From Bacteroidales bacterium (lineage in GTDB: Bacteria; Bacteroidota; Bacteroidia; Bacteroidales; UBA12077): a stretch of DNA of 64,000 nt. Where the stretch lies: the NCBI GenBank assembly GCA_963665525.1, contig OY762280.1:3597410-3661409 (forward strand), written 5' to 3'. Below are positions 37,552 through 47,829 of this stretch, piece by piece. Position numbers and translations under genes: made by a program. The notes under the pieces are model-generated. The model did no database searches and was not told the origin of the DNA. It saw only the letters and a list, made by a program, of their open reading frames with translations. Position 1 is the first letter of the stretch. Each line of letters begins with the position of its first letter.

Positions 37552-38877
37552 TTAATCTTCTTTTGGCCAATATTGATCAACAAATTCTTGTTTAATACCA
37601 ACTTCAGCAGGTTCAAAATGCTCGTTGAATAAATTCCAACTTGTTGAAAGCATTTGATCTACCTCGATATTAACATCAATAGCCAATAATTTATCTGAAT
37701 AATCTTTAGCAAATTTAAGAGTACGCTCATCATAATCTGTAAGGTCGAAACCATTTTCCTGTTTTGTTTTCGCGTTGGCAGCATCGGCATATAAACGAAT
37801 CGCTGCATTCATCACCTGTGGATGATCGGCCCGTGTTTTCTTACCAATTACTAACTGCTTCAGACGAGATAAACTACGGAATGGGTCAACAACCACCTTA
37901 CCAATATCAGTATCTTTACGTAAGAATAACTGACCTTCGGTAATATAACCAGTGTTATCAGGTATAGCGTGAGTAATATCACCACCCGATAATGTTGTTA
38001 CCGCAATAATTGTAATTGAACCACCATCTGGGAACTGTACCGCTTTCTCGTAAATCTTAGCTAAATCAGAATAAAGAGATCCCGGCATACTATCTTTCGA
38101 TGGAATTTGGTCCATACGGTTCGATACAATACTTAATGCATCGGCATAAAGTGTCATATCAGTTAAAAGAACCAATACTTTTTGATGTTTATCTACTGCA
38201 AAATACTCAGCGGCAGTTAATGCCATATCTGGTACAAGAATACGTTCTACAGGTGGGTTTTCAGTTGTATTCACAAAACTGATAATACGATCTAATGCAC
38301 CTGCATTATCGAATACATTCTTATAATATAAATAATCGTCGTTTGTTAATCCCATACCTCCAAGGATAATTTTATCGGCATCAGCACGAAGTGCTACGTT
38401 TGCCATTACCTGGTTAAAAGGCTGGTCAGGATCGGCAAAGAAAGGAATCTTCTGTCCTGTTACCAAGGCATTGTTTAAGTCAATACCAGCAATACCTGTT
38501 GGAATAAACTCTGATGGTTGTTTTCTACGAACAGGGTTCACAGAAGGACCACCAATCTGACGTTCTTCTCCTTCAATTGCAGGTCCACCATCAATAGGAT
38601 CTCCGTAAGCATTAAAGAAACGTCCTGATAATTCGTCACCAACTTTTAATACTGGTGGACGTCCTAAGAAAACAACTTCAGCATTTGTTGGGATACCTTC
38701 TGTACCTGAGAAAATCTGAAGTGTAACCTCATCGCCCATGATTTTTACAACCTGAGCTAATCGCCCGTGTACAATTGCCATTTCTTCATAGCCAATTCCT
38801 GTAGCTTTTAACGAACAAGTAGCTTTTGTAATCTGAGTGATCTTCGTATAGATTTTTTGAAATGCTTTTGTTTCCAT
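37552..38877 (-). CDS. ntpB: V-type ATPase subunit B
   Basis: Non-catalytic B-type nucleotide-binding fold: GQKIPFFA, LTDMTLYADALS, PGSLYSDLAKIYE, ITEGQLFL. Confidence 0.93.
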   Translation of the reverse strand: METKAFQKIYTKITQITKATCSLKATGIGYEEMAIVHGRLAQVVKIMGDEVTLQIFSGTEGIPTNAEVVFLGRPPVLKVGDELSGRFFNAYGDPIDGGPAIEGEERQIGGPSVNPVRRKQPSEFIPTGIAGIDLNNALVTGQKIPFFADPDQPFNQVMANVALRADADKIILGGMGLTNDDYLYYKNVFDNAGALDRIISFVNTTENPPVERILVPDMALTAAEYFAVDKHQKVLVLLTDMTLYADALSIVSNRMDQIPSKDSMPGSLYSDLAKIYEKAVQFPDGGSITIIAVTTLSGGDITHAIPDNTGYITEGQLFLRKDTDIGKVVVDPFRSLSRLKQLVIGKKTRADHPQVMNAAIRLYADAANAKTKQENGFDLTDYDERTLKFAKDYSDKLLAIDVNIEVDQMLSTSWNLFNEHFEPAEVGIKQEFVDQYWPKED

Positions 38878-40649
38878 TATGCAGTTCTCCTTTCTTCGAT
38901 TATCGAGTTAAGTTCATTCTCATTTTGCTTGAATTTATCCGAATTCCATTCAGAATAATTCATTTGTTTCATCTGGTTGATCATTTTCTTGAAATAAGAA
39001 CCTACATCTTCAAATGATTCGTATGAGAAATCAGTATGATAAATATCTAATACTTTATTCAACATATATTTTTGACGTTCAAGAGATGTTGAAGCATCAA
39101 TTTTATCAAATGCATCTTGTTGTAAAATTACGAAATCAACTACTTCGCCTTTCCAGAAACGATCATGATACTCGATAGGTACACCATCGTCACCTAAGAT
39201 ATTAATCTGTTCAGCTACTTCTCTACTTCTAATTAAAATATCTCTTGCTAATTGTATTTTCTCCGGCCATTCAGGATCGATATTTTCTCTGAAATATTCT
39301 TCTAATTCAGGATATTCAGCATATTTCGAATACGAATCCAATGGGTCAATAGCAGGATAACGCTTACTATCGGCACGATCCTGGGAAAGTGCATAGAAAC
39401 AGCGTGCTGCTTTCTTCGTTGATTCAGTTACCGGTTCTTTTAAGTTACCACCGGCTGGTGATACTGTTCCAATAAAGGTAATTGAACCTGTTTTATCGTT
39501 ATTCAAATATGTAAATCCTGCACGAGAATAGAAGTTAGAAATAATAGCAGGTAAGTCCATTGGGAATGCATCCTGACCTGGTAATTCTTCCATTCTGTTC
39601 GACATCTCACGAAGAGCTTGTGCCCAACGAGAAGTTGAATCGGCAAGTAATAATACTTTTAATCCCATTGCACGATAATATTCTCCTAAAGTCATTGCAG
39701 TATAAACTGATGCTTCACGAGCTGCAACCGGCATATTCGAAGTATTCGCGATAATCGTAGTACGTTCCATTAATTTACGTCCAGTACGTGGATCATCTAA
39801 TTCAGGGAATTCAGTAAAGATTTCCACAACCTCGTTTGCACGTTCACCACAAGCAGCAACAATAATCATATCAGCTTCGGCTTGTTTTGAGAGAGCATGC
39901 TGTAATACGGTTTTACCTGTACCAAAAGGCCCTGGAATGAATCCTGTTCCACCTTCTGCAATTGGATTTAATGTGTCGATTACGCGAACTCCTGTTTCCA
40001 ATAACTTAAATGGACGTGGCTTTTCTTTATATGCTTTAATAGCCAATTTAACAGGCCATTTTTGAGTCATTGTTAAATCAATGTCTTTACCATTTTCATC
40101 GGTAACAACAGCAATGATATCTTTAATGGTATATTCTCCCGCTTCAGCTACACTCTTAACAGTGTATTTACCTTCGAATTTAAAAGGAACCATAATTTTG
40201 TGAGGCATCCAGTTTTCTTTCACCTCACCTAACCAACCTCCTGCTTCCAGAACATCTCCCGGTTTAGCCATTGGTTTAAATTCCCATTTTTTATCGTCTT
40301 CTAATGGATTAGTATGTTCTCCTCGTTTTAAAAAAACACCTTCCATTTTATCAAGGTCGTTTTGTAGACCATCGAAGTTTTTAGAAAGAATACCAGGACC
40401 AAGTGTTACTTCTAACATGTGTCCTGTAAACTCAACCGTGTGATTTACCTTCAACCCACGAGTACTTTCAAATACCTGAACATATGCCTGGGTACCCATT
40501 ACTTTAATAACCTCAGCCATCAATTTAGTTCCTTCTAAATCAATGTAGCATATTTCATTTTGCAGAACAGGCCCATCAACCTCAACAAATACAAGGTTCG
40601 CGATAATACCTGCGACTTTTCCTTTTGTCATTTTATTTATTTTTTCCAT
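38877..40649 (-). CDS. ntpA: V-type ATPase catalytic subunit A
   Basis: Walker A GPFGTGKTV. LLADSTSRWAQALREMS and the non-homologous insert typical of A subunits. An alternative start is the ATG at 40631 (MTKGKVAGI). Confidence 0.95.
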   Translation of the reverse strand: MEKINKMTKGKVAGIIANLVFVEVDGPVLQNEICYIDLEGTKLMAEVIKVMGTQAYVQVFESTRGLKVNHTVEFTGHMLEVTLGPGILSKNFDGLQNDLDKMEGVFLKRGEHTNPLEDDKKWEFKPMAKPGDVLEAGGWLGEVKENWMPHKIMVPFKFEGKYTVKSVAEAGEYTIKDIIAVVTDENGKDIDLTMTQKWPVKLAIKAYKEKPRPFKLLETGVRVIDTLNPIAEGGTGFIPGPFGTGKTVLQHALSKQAEADMIIVAACGERANEVVEIFTEFPELDDPRTGRKLMERTTIIANTSNMPVAAREASVYTAMTLGEYYRAMGLKVLLLADSTSRWAQALREMSNRMEELPGQDAFPMDLPAIISNFYSRAGFTYLNNDKTGSITFIGTVSPAGGNLKEPVTESTKKAARCFYALSQDRADSKRYPAIDPLDSYSKYAEYPELEEYFRENIDPEWPEKIQLARDILIRSREVAEQINILGDDGVPIEYHDRFWKGEVVDFVILQQDAFDKIDASTSLERQKYMLNKVLDIYHTDFSYESFEDVGSYFKKMINQMKQMNYSEWNSDKFKQNENELNSIIEERRTA

Positions 40650-41484
40650 TTATTGCGAATTCTTTAGAAAACTCAAAACCCGATTTCAGATCATTGATAA
40701 TGTCTGAGAACATTTGTCGACCTGTTTCTTCGTCGAGTTCTAGCCATCTATAAGCTATGTCGAGTTTTATTGTATAAGCTAATATTACTTCAATCGTAAA
40801 ATAATCGAAAAGAGTAATTTCCTCTACCTTATCCCATTTAAGTTGATCTAAACCTTTTTCACGAGCCATAATATTTTCATTGTCGGCAAGTGTAATAATA
40901 TCAGAAACATATTCAAGGTCTACCTCTAAACCAAAATCTTTTGCATTACTGTTTAATATTGACTTTGTAACAAAATTATCGCCTATAAGCTGATGTTCTG
41001 CTTCAAGGTTGTATGTACGACAATTATGTCCAATAAGAATATTATTAAGATTTTGATTAAACTCAAACCACTGTTTTAAAAACTTATTTTTTGTTTTTAA
41101 AACATATTCATAATACATTTCTGTTAAAAGGTTTTCCCAACTTTTTGTAACGTTCTTCGATAACTCTTCATCATTATAAATCTCAACAAACTCGTACATG
41201 TACGAAGGAAGAATTCCTTGTTTGTCGTCAGAAAATTCTGTTTCAAAATCCTGAACAGAATACATGCCTAATTTATTTTGATTTTCATAATCTTCATCTA
41301 AGAATCGAAGAAGACGTTCATTGTCGTAAGGTAAAAATAGCAACTCAACCAGTTTATAATCTTCTGCTGAAAGGTGTTCTTTTAGCTCATTTTTAAAATC
41401 GAGCATTTGAAACTGAACCTCAGTATCATCGATAAAGATATCTGGTAAACCTGCTATAAAATAATGATAATAATTACGAAACAT
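40633..41484 (-). CDS. DUF2764 protein (Bacteroidota V-type ATPase accessory subunit, C-like position)
   Basis: MFRNYYHYFIAGLPDI N-terminus and its position between the E and A subunits, as in Bacteroidota V-type operons (recalled from memory). Confidence 0.7.
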   Translation of the reverse strand: MFRNYYHYFIAGLPDIFIDDTEVQFQMLDFKNELKEHLSAEDYKLVELLFLPYDNERLLRFLDEDYENQNKLGMYSVQDFETEFSDDKQGILPSYMYEFVEIYNDEELSKNVTKSWENLLTEMYYEYVLKTKNKFLKQWFEFNQNLNNILIGHNCRTYNLEAEHQLIGDNFVTKSILNSNAKDFGLEVDLEYVSDIITLADNENIMAREKGLDQLKWDKVEEITLFDYFTIEVILAYTIKLDIAYRWLELDEETGRQMFSDIINDLKSGFEFSKEFAINGKNK

Positions 41485-41486
41485 AA

Positions 41487-42104
41487 CTATTCTCCCGGAT
41501 ATAACATTTCAATGGTTTTTGGACGCAAGTATGATTTGAAGAAGTTTTCAAAATCTTCTTCACTAAAACTGATCTTGTATGATCCATCAGCCGGCCCAAC
41601 TTTAAATCCTCCTTTAATTGAATCGCTAAAACTTAATTCAAGATTCGCATTTAATTCTTTACCTGATTTTGCAGTAAAAAAGCTAGAAAATTCCTTTTCT
41701 AACTCAGCAGGCAATAATACAGATAAATCTATTGCTTCCCCTTTTTTCGAATCCCAGTTTTTTACAACAGTTTCAATAATTTCCTTAACGAATTTCACTT
41801 CGTCAAATGCTTTTTTAACAGGTTCGTCGATCACTTTGCTTACAATCATGTCTGTAATTTGCTGTTTTACAGCACGAATTGTTTGCTTAGTAGCAAGATT
41901 TAATTCGGCATCAACATTCTTTTTAATTTCTGCTGATTTTTGCTCAGCAGCAGCAATAATCTTTTCAGCTTCTTTTTCTGCATTTTGCTTTACTTTTTCA
42001 GCCTCAGATTTTGCTTCAGCAAGAATTTTTTCTGCCTCGGTATTTGCTTTTTCAACCCCCTCGTTATAAAGCTTCTGTGTTAATTCCTGAAGTTTGTTTT
42101 CCAT
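41487..42104 (-). CDS. ntpE: V-type ATPase subunit E
   Basis: N-terminal A/E/K-rich long helix (AEKILAEAKSEAEKVKQNAEKEAEKIIAAAEQKSAEI) plus a C-terminal globular domain. It is the first gene of the operon. Confidence 0.8.
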   Translation of the reverse strand: MENKLQELTQKLYNEGVEKANTEAEKILAEAKSEAEKVKQNAEKEAEKIIAAAEQKSAEIKKNVDAELNLATKQTIRAVKQQITDMIVSKVIDEPVKKAFDEVKFVKEIIETVVKNWDSKKGEAIDLSVLLPAELEKEFSSFFTAKSGKELNANLELSFSDSIKGGFKVGPADGSYKISFSEEDFENFFKSYLRPKTIEMLYPGE

Positions 42105-42146
42105 ATCTGTGAGATCTAATTGTTTTTACTTTAAAAAAATGAATTA

Positions 42147-42154
42147 CAAATCTA
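42147..42154 (-). promoter_or_regulatory. Candidate -7 box for the V-type operon (TAGATTTG on the minus strand)
   Basis: The plus strand reads CAAATCTA. It is an exact TAnnTTTG match 43 nt upstream of the ATG at 42104. Confidence 0.4.
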
Positions 42155-42206
42155 ATAACTTATATTTATTTATCAATAATTATTTACATTAATACGTTAT
42201 CAAATA

Positions 42207-42273
42207 AATAATTAGGTTTTGACCTAATTATTCATCAGCAAAACGAACAAAAAAATTGTTGAATTGTTCGTTT
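42207..42273 (-). terminator. Two tandem hairpins (probable terminators of the bactofilin-atpZ unit)
   Basis: Hairpin 42241-42273 has stem aaacgaacaa/ttgttcgttt. Hairpin 42207-42232 has stem aataattaggt/acctaattatt with loop tttg, followed by a T-rich tract on the minus strand. Confidence 0.55.
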
Positions 42274-42454
42274 CTAACAAATTTAATTCAGTTCAAAACA
42301 AACACCAAATTGATGGCATTAATTTTAATTATACAATCTGTTTAACAACACAATCTAGGCTAAATATATTAGCAATTGTAATTAATTACTAATCACTATT
42401 CTTAAAGTTAGTTTAGGTGGTAGGTCGGGCCAAAAATAAAAAAATATTTAAATG

Positions 42455-42850
42455 TCAAACATGATTTTTATCTTGTTTTCTTATATGCCTGACAATTAAA
42501 TATACTTCGAAGGCCGTATATAGTAAATATAAAGTAAAAAACGATATTAAAAACACTTTGGCTTTCTCTGTGAATAGAAATGCATATAAAGTAATTACTA
42601 TTAAATAAATCATCATTTTTATACCCGAAACCATCATAAAACGGGCAGCAAATTTTGATGCTCCTTTATCTTGCATTTGAATTATAGAAAAATGGAATAT
42701 AGCCGTAAGCACAGCAATTATTCCAAGTAATATCCAAAATACAGGTAAATAAAATGCTGCCAATACTGTTTTAAAAAGTATTAGTGCAACAGTTGCCACA
42801 AGGACTGTAAAAAACAGTTCTTGCAATAAAAATCGTTTGAAAATCTGCAT
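42455..42850 (-). CDS. Small 4-TM membrane protein in the position of atp-operon leader genes (DUF6168/AtpI-like)
   Basis: 131 aa with four hydrophobic helices. Its start overlaps the atpZ stop by 1 nt. Confidence 0.5.
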   Translation of the reverse strand: MQIFKRFLLQELFFTVLVATVALILFKTVLAAFYLPVFWILLGIIAVLTAIFHFSIIQMQDKGASKFAARFMMVSGIKMMIYLIVITLYAFLFTEKAKVFLISFFTLYLLYTAFEVYLIVRHIRKQDKNHV

Positions 42851-43095
42851 TACTTCTGAGGCTTTAAAAAATCTTTTATAGCATAATACGTTGCGAAAAT
42901 AACACTAGCCAAAGTAAGTACAACAGTAAATACCGGAAATTCTATCCCGGTTATCCATTGGTCAAGTTTTAATCCTCCAAGTACTCCAATAACCATAATT
43001 GCTATCATCTGAAAGCCTATAGCCGAGTACTTAGCAAAGTCGCTAGGCGCTTTTTTGTTCTTTGTTTCCGAATTTTGGTTCTTCTGATCTGACAT
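42850..43095 (-). CDS. atpZ: AtpZ/AtpI family protein (putative F0F1-ATPase-associated membrane protein)
   Basis: 81 aa. YSAIGFQMIAIMVIGVLGGLKLDQW followed by a second TM matches the AtpZ pattern. Confidence 0.7.
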   Translation of the reverse strand: MSDQKNQNSETKNKKAPSDFAKYSAIGFQMIAIMVIGVLGGLKLDQWITGIEFPVFTVVLTLASVIFATYYAIKDFLKPQK

Positions 43096-43453
43096 TTTTA
43101 TGTTGTTCTTCGCCCATATTACAGTTACCTGTAAATTTAGAGCCTGGTTCTATAGCTAATTTTTTAGTAACAATATCACCAAATATCTTAGCGGTCGCTT
43201 TAAGCGAAAGTAATTCACTAACCTTAATTTTTCCGTGAATTTCGCCTAATACTTCTGAGTTTTTGCAATCAATCTCACCATTTACACGACCAGTTTCACC
43301 AATAACAACTTTACCTGCAGTTTTCAAGTTTCCAGTTAGAACACCATCAATACGAATATCTCCATTTGAATTAACATCACCTGTTATTTCCGTTCCTGCT
43401 CCAATTAAGTTAATTGCAGCTGTAGTCTCTGTATCGTTGTTATACTTTGCCAT
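43043..43453 (-). CDS. Bactofilin (polymer-forming cytoskeletal protein)
   Basis: Repetitive beta-helical pattern: IGAGTEITGDVNSNGDIRIDGVLTGNLKTAGKVVIGETGRVNGEIDCKNSEVLGEIHGKI. Confidence 0.8.
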   Translation of the reverse strand: MAKYNNDTETTAAINLIGAGTEITGDVNSNGDIRIDGVLTGNLKTAGKVVIGETGRVNGEIDCKNSEVLGEIHGKIKVSELLSLKATAKIFGDIVTKKLAIEPGSKFTGNCNMGEEQHKNVRSEEPKFGNKEQKSA

Positions 43454-43495
43454 CTTATATACTATTTATTTTTAACTCCATTATTTATTATTCAA

Positions 43496-43503
43496 CAAAT
43501 ATA
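43496..43503 (-). promoter_or_regulatory. Candidate -7 box (TATATTTG on the minus strand) for the bactofilin-atpZ unit
   Basis: The plus strand reads CAAATATA, 43 nt upstream of the ATG at 43453. A second identical octamer lies at 43538-43545. Confidence 0.35.
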
Positions 43504-43605
43504 GATATTTTTTTTTCTAACGTTTTAGTTAAGTTATCAAATATACGTTGAATTATTAGTTAAACATTCTATTTGTCAATTTATTGTAGGCAGAATATCT
43601 TTTTT

Positions 43606-46515
43606 TTAAAAATTATACAAATCTATTCCAAACATCATCTCTGTAAAGAAATTTCCGGTTGATGCATATCCAACTCGAACACCTGTACTTAAAGGAAAAA
43701 TTGTTCTTAACAGATGATAATCGGCAGTTAGTTCAACACCAAAACTGGCATAATGATCATTAGGCCATATATATGCTGTTTGAGCCTGATTAACCATCCT
43801 GTATGTATTATAAGCATAATCGATAAATGCACTTCCTCTTATGCGTTTAAGATAAAGCACAGATTCTAAATTCCAATCCGGATAGGCAATTGGAAAAACA
43901 TAATCGCTATATAGTTTAACCATTTTTTCTGTTCTCCTTTTTTCGATTCCTCTTGGAAAATCAAAATTGCTTCCAAATAAATACAACACCGGATTCTGAT
44001 ATTGATATCCAAAGTTAAATTTAAATCCTGTGTTGCCTTTTCCAGGTAAATAAAAGGTAGTATTTACATTATACAAATATCCATATAATTCCGAATCGAA
44101 AGGTGTATTAAACAACCTAAAATCAAAAATGGCTCCTAATTCTGGAATAATGTCCTTTTCAGCTTTTCGTTCGTATGAATATAATAATAACTGTGATTCA
44201 ACAAACTCTAAACCATGTATATAATAATCGTTTTGATAATTATAATAGTAATTGTCGAAATACTCAACAGAAACTAAAGGACGTATCCCTTTGATAAATC
44301 TTCCTGATGAAAAGTTAAAAGGAATATATACATCAAAATCATAACTATAACCTGTTGTGGTTTCTGGTACCCAGGTTACTCCATTTATTGTACGAATAAG
44401 CTGTTCGTTACCGTAATTTGCTGTTATTTTAAAAATTGGTAATAAGCCTTTATATTTTATCGATGAAGATAAATAATGACTTCCATTCTTATATGCATAA
44501 CCCAGTACAGCTTCAACAGTACTTAGCTTATTCTGAGATAATAAAGTAATTCCCGGGTGAATATTGTTATAAACTTCAGACGGATCAGCAAAAGCATTTC
44601 CAAGATCCATTTCGTCGTAATTAACATAAAAAGGAATCCAACTATGAAAATTAAACAAATGAAAAGGTTTTCTATATGGTTTTACCGGATAGGAAATATC
44701 CTGTTCTCTATTTTCTTGTTCTTTTGTTAATTCTTGGTTTTTTAACCTTTCTGCTAATTCAAATTTATATTCATCGGAAGTACTTACTTTTTTCCACAAA
44801 GCTCTTTCTATAGGAATGTTTATTACACGAAAGCCTTTCGAAGTATACTCGTTTGTAATTAATTCTGTTTTGTTTGTATTTAAACTAAACTCTGATATGC
44901 CTAATTTAGAATCTGATAACTGATAAGTATCTCCAGTAATTTCATCGTAAGCATAAATATTATCTGTTCCACTAAGTGTTGAATGATAATATACATATTT
45001 TTCAGATGGCAATATTCTTTGAATATCGGCACTACTGTGCTTAAAAATAAATTCCCATTTGTTTTCATTTAAGTTATATCGAGAAACATGCTTCCCTTCA
45101 TTATCTAACAAAATTGCATATATAAACTGTTCATCTTTTGACCATTTTGGACGTTGAATAAAACAATCTTTTTCTGGCTGGATACTTCTTATTACTGAAG
45201 CATTATATCCATTTAAAATTAATATTCGACTCTTATTCTTTGTGTCAACTTCAACCACTAATATTTTATCGGCATCTTTTGATAATTCAGGACTAAAGTA
45301 CCTTGACTTTTTAACCAACGTAAACTCACGATTTGTTGCTATATTTAAAAGTTTTAAAGAAGTAAACTCTCTGTTTTGCCATCGAATATCAGCCTTGTAT
45401 TCTGCCCAAGCCAGAATATTATTTGAAAACGAAAAGTCGTTTGATACTAAATAACCAGGTTCATAAATTATCTTTTCCGAATCATTTTTTATTAAAACAA
45501 ATTGTGGAATGTGAGACAATCCCTTCTTAAGTGCAAGAATGTTTTCATCATCAATAAAAATTGGATTGATATAATCCTCGTAATCATCAATTTTATACTT
45601 TTGAATAAGATTGGGCTGATTAAAACACTTGTCTTTTTGTTCTGCCTTCCACAAATTATCCAAGTAATCCATCGTTTCATCATAAAGCTCTTTTTGTGAT
45701 AAACCAATATTCTTTTTTAATCCTCGATAAAAAGCAAAAGGTGTTGGTAATAAAGTATATGAATTCTTTGCAACATGATTTTCAATTTTACTCCAAATAT
45801 CTGCTCCATATTTATATCTGGCATAAGATGTTAACTGATATCCAAACTCATAATAACTGGGAATATACCTATTATAAGATCCAAATAAACTTTGATCAAA
45901 TGAATAGCTTTCACCATTACTTAATAAATTTGTTTTTATCCCACGATGAAAATAAGGCAATCGGCCACGGCCCATTTTTAATAGTGATGTTTCAGTACAT
46001 ACAGCATCACCTTCCAAATACCACATGGGTAATTGACCGGCTATTAATCCAGTTGCCTGCTCTCCAAATACAATCGAGAGTATTTTTGTAATTCCCTGGT
46101 TTAACTTATCGATTTGCACCACATGCCTTAACTCGTGTATACATAAATGATCTAACCATTCATCTGCAAATAAATCTTGTGGCGGAGTAACCGAAAGATC
46201 CATGCGTTTGGGTGCCCAAGCAACATAACCATTCGATGTGATAGATTGATTATGAACGACAACAGAAATTTTCTTCGGCTTATGATTCAAAGATTGTCCT
46301 GCTAATTGATAATTATATTCAAGAATATTAGCAATCTCTTGTGCTTTATCTTCAAATTCTCTTTGAAATATGATTTGAAAATGATCCGTTTTTATTTGAT
46401 CCCATTTTACTGTTGCAGGATCTTGTCCGGTTGAGTAGTATTGTGCATTTAAATTTTGATGAAATAATAATCCAAAAAACGAAAAGAGAAAAACTAATTT
46501 CTTGAGATCAATCAT
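43606..46515 (-). CDS. Large secreted protein: N-terminal HExxH (gluzincin-like) domain, beta-propeller-like middle region, and probable C-terminal outer-membrane beta-barrel
   Basis: Signal peptide (LVFLFSFFGLLFHQNLNAQ). LCIHELRHVVQ ... GEQ (HExxH plus a downstream E). The middle region has TolB/WD40-like repeat character. The C-terminal 350 aa or so are rich in aromatic and alternating residues and end in ...DLYNF (terminal Phe). Confidence 0.5.
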   Translation of the reverse strand: MIDLKKLVFLFSFFGLLFHQNLNAQYYSTGQDPATVKWDQIKTDHFQIIFQREFEDKAQEIANILEYNYQLAGQSLNHKPKKISVVVHNQSITSNGYVAWAPKRMDLSVTPPQDLFADEWLDHLCIHELRHVVQIDKLNQGITKILSIVFGEQATGLIAGQLPMWYLEGDAVCTETSLLKMGRGRLPYFHRGIKTNLLSNGESYSFDQSLFGSYNRYIPSYYEFGYQLTSYARYKYGADIWSKIENHVAKNSYTLLPTPFAFYRGLKKNIGLSQKELYDETMDYLDNLWKAEQKDKCFNQPNLIQKYKIDDYEDYINPIFIDDENILALKKGLSHIPQFVLIKNDSEKIIYEPGYLVSNDFSFSNNILAWAEYKADIRWQNREFTSLKLLNIATNREFTLVKKSRYFSPELSKDADKILVVEVDTKNKSRILILNGYNASVIRSIQPEKDCFIQRPKWSKDEQFIYAILLDNEGKHVSRYNLNENKWEFIFKHSSADIQRILPSEKYVYYHSTLSGTDNIYAYDEITGDTYQLSDSKLGISEFSLNTNKTELITNEYTSKGFRVINIPIERALWKKVSTSDEYKFELAERLKNQELTKEQENREQDISYPVKPYRKPFHLFNFHSWIPFYVNYDEMDLGNAFADPSEVYNNIHPGITLLSQNKLSTVEAVLGYAYKNGSHYLSSSIKYKGLLPIFKITANYGNEQLIRTINGVTWVPETTTGYSYDFDVYIPFNFSSGRFIKGIRPLVSVEYFDNYYYNYQNDYYIHGLEFVESQLLLYSYERKAEKDIIPELGAIFDFRLFNTPFDSELYGYLYNVNTTFYLPGKGNTGFKFNFGYQYQNPVLYLFGSNFDFPRGIEKRRTEKMVKLYSDYVFPIAYPDWNLESVLYLKRIRGSAFIDYAYNTYRMVNQAQTAYIWPNDHYASFGVELTADYHLLRTIFPLSTGVRVGYASTGNFFTEMMFGIDLYNF

Positions 46516-46519
46516 AAAC

Positions 46520-47827
46520 TTATTTTTTTATTACAAATTTGGATGAATGCACTACTCCCTGGTTATTATATATGTTTAGTAGATACATTCCGTTTGAAAA
46601 TTTTGAAACCGGAATGTTCATTTCCTGCTGTATATTCACAGAAATCTTTTCTTTAAATTTAGTTACTCCAGTAATAGAAATAATTTCCACATCAAGCTCT
46701 TCTAAAGTGGTTCCTTTAATTACTACATTTAAATTCTCAGATGCCGGATTATTATAAATTACATCAACTGCTTCTTTTATGTTATCAAAAAAACCTAATG
46801 GTTCTCCACGATTTTGGTCCACTTTCAATTCAAGATAAACAGGCAAATGGTCTGACATATTATATAGAGCCTGAGCAACATTTGTAGGTACCGAAGTATT
46901 TGTTGAAGTATTTAAAGAACCATTATAATTACTTCCATCTTGCCCAATGGTTTTATATGAATCTGTTATATATTCAAAATGATCAATTCCGCTCATCACA
47001 TAATTGGATGCCAAAATAAAATCGAACCTATCATCCATCCCTCCTCCTGAATAACATTCTCCCGATTCATGTGTTGACTGTGTATGATAGTACCGGTAAT
47101 CATAATTTCTCGACCACTCGCCAATTTGATCAGCAGGATCATAGAATGTATATAAACTATTATCAGGATTAATTAAATTTTGAAAAGCACTCTCTGTAGG
47201 CGAGTAAACATTAAAGTCTCCAAGAATTAAAAAATTTCCGGCTTCTCCAATCGACTCAAAATAATCCATGATATAATTTGTTTCATAATCGCGCTGAGTC
47301 TGATTTTCAGGATAACTACCTGCTTTTAAATGTGCAACCAAACAATAAATGAAAGCTGTATCCTCAGTCATTGCAAGATCTTCTGCATTATAATACAACT
47401 TATAAACATTGAATATTTTATCTACTCCTCCATAAGTAAATTGTTTTGGAATACTCTCTTTTAACCTTAATTTATTCGAGTTGTAAAATATGGTGTTTGC
47501 AAGATAGACTTTGGGAAAATCAGCTTTACGATAATATGAAACTCCATCAACATTTAATGCGTTGTCAAGCAAATAAGATGCATCATCAATAATAGGATAT
47601 TCACTATCACCATCCAACTCATTAACCGAAAAAATATCGGGTTTAATATGCTGAATAATGGTCTTTAAATATCCATTTTTCTTATCTACATTATTGTTAG
47701 TTGTAGTACAAAAATCAGTCTGTTTGCCATAATACAATAAATTATATTGCATCACTTTTATGGTATCTTGAGAGAAAAGAAGATTAACGATAAAAAGTGC
47801 AAAAAAGGTCAACTTATATTTCATCAA
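46520..47827 (-). CDS. Endonuclease/exonuclease/phosphatase (EEP) family protein with a T9SS C-terminal sorting domain
   Basis: Signal peptide. VMQYNLLYYG, FSVNELDG, GDFNVYS and SDHLPV (EEP catalytic blocks). The last 80 aa or so (...NGMYLLNIYNNQGVVHSSKFVIKK) look like a type A T9SS CTD. Confidence 0.75.
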   Translation of the reverse strand: MMKYKLTFFALFIVNLLFSQDTIKVMQYNLLYYGKQTDFCTTTNNNVDKKNGYLKTIIQHIKPDIFSVNELDGDSEYPIIDDASYLLDNALNVDGVSYYRKADFPKVYLANTIFYNSNKLRLKESIPKQFTYGGVDKIFNVYKLYYNAEDLAMTEDTAFIYCLVAHLKAGSYPENQTQRDYETNYIMDYFESIGEAGNFLILGDFNVYSPTESAFQNLINPDNSLYTFYDPADQIGEWSRNYDYRYYHTQSTHESGECYSGGGMDDRFDFILASNYVMSGIDHFEYITDSYKTIGQDGSNYNGSLNTSTNTSVPTNVAQALYNMSDHLPVYLELKVDQNRGEPLGFFDNIKEAVDVIYNNPASENLNVVIKGTTLEELDVEIISITGVTKFKEKISVNIQQEMNIPVSKFSNGMYLLNIYNNQGVVHSSKFVIKK

Positions 47828-47829
47828 TT

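Noticed and set aside
41464-42069. A 201-aa plus-strand ORF antisense to V-type subunit E.
   Set aside because: It is the mirror image of an A/E/K-rich helical gene. Its product is S/F/A-rich low complexity with no start context. The sense-strand gene has clear operon context.
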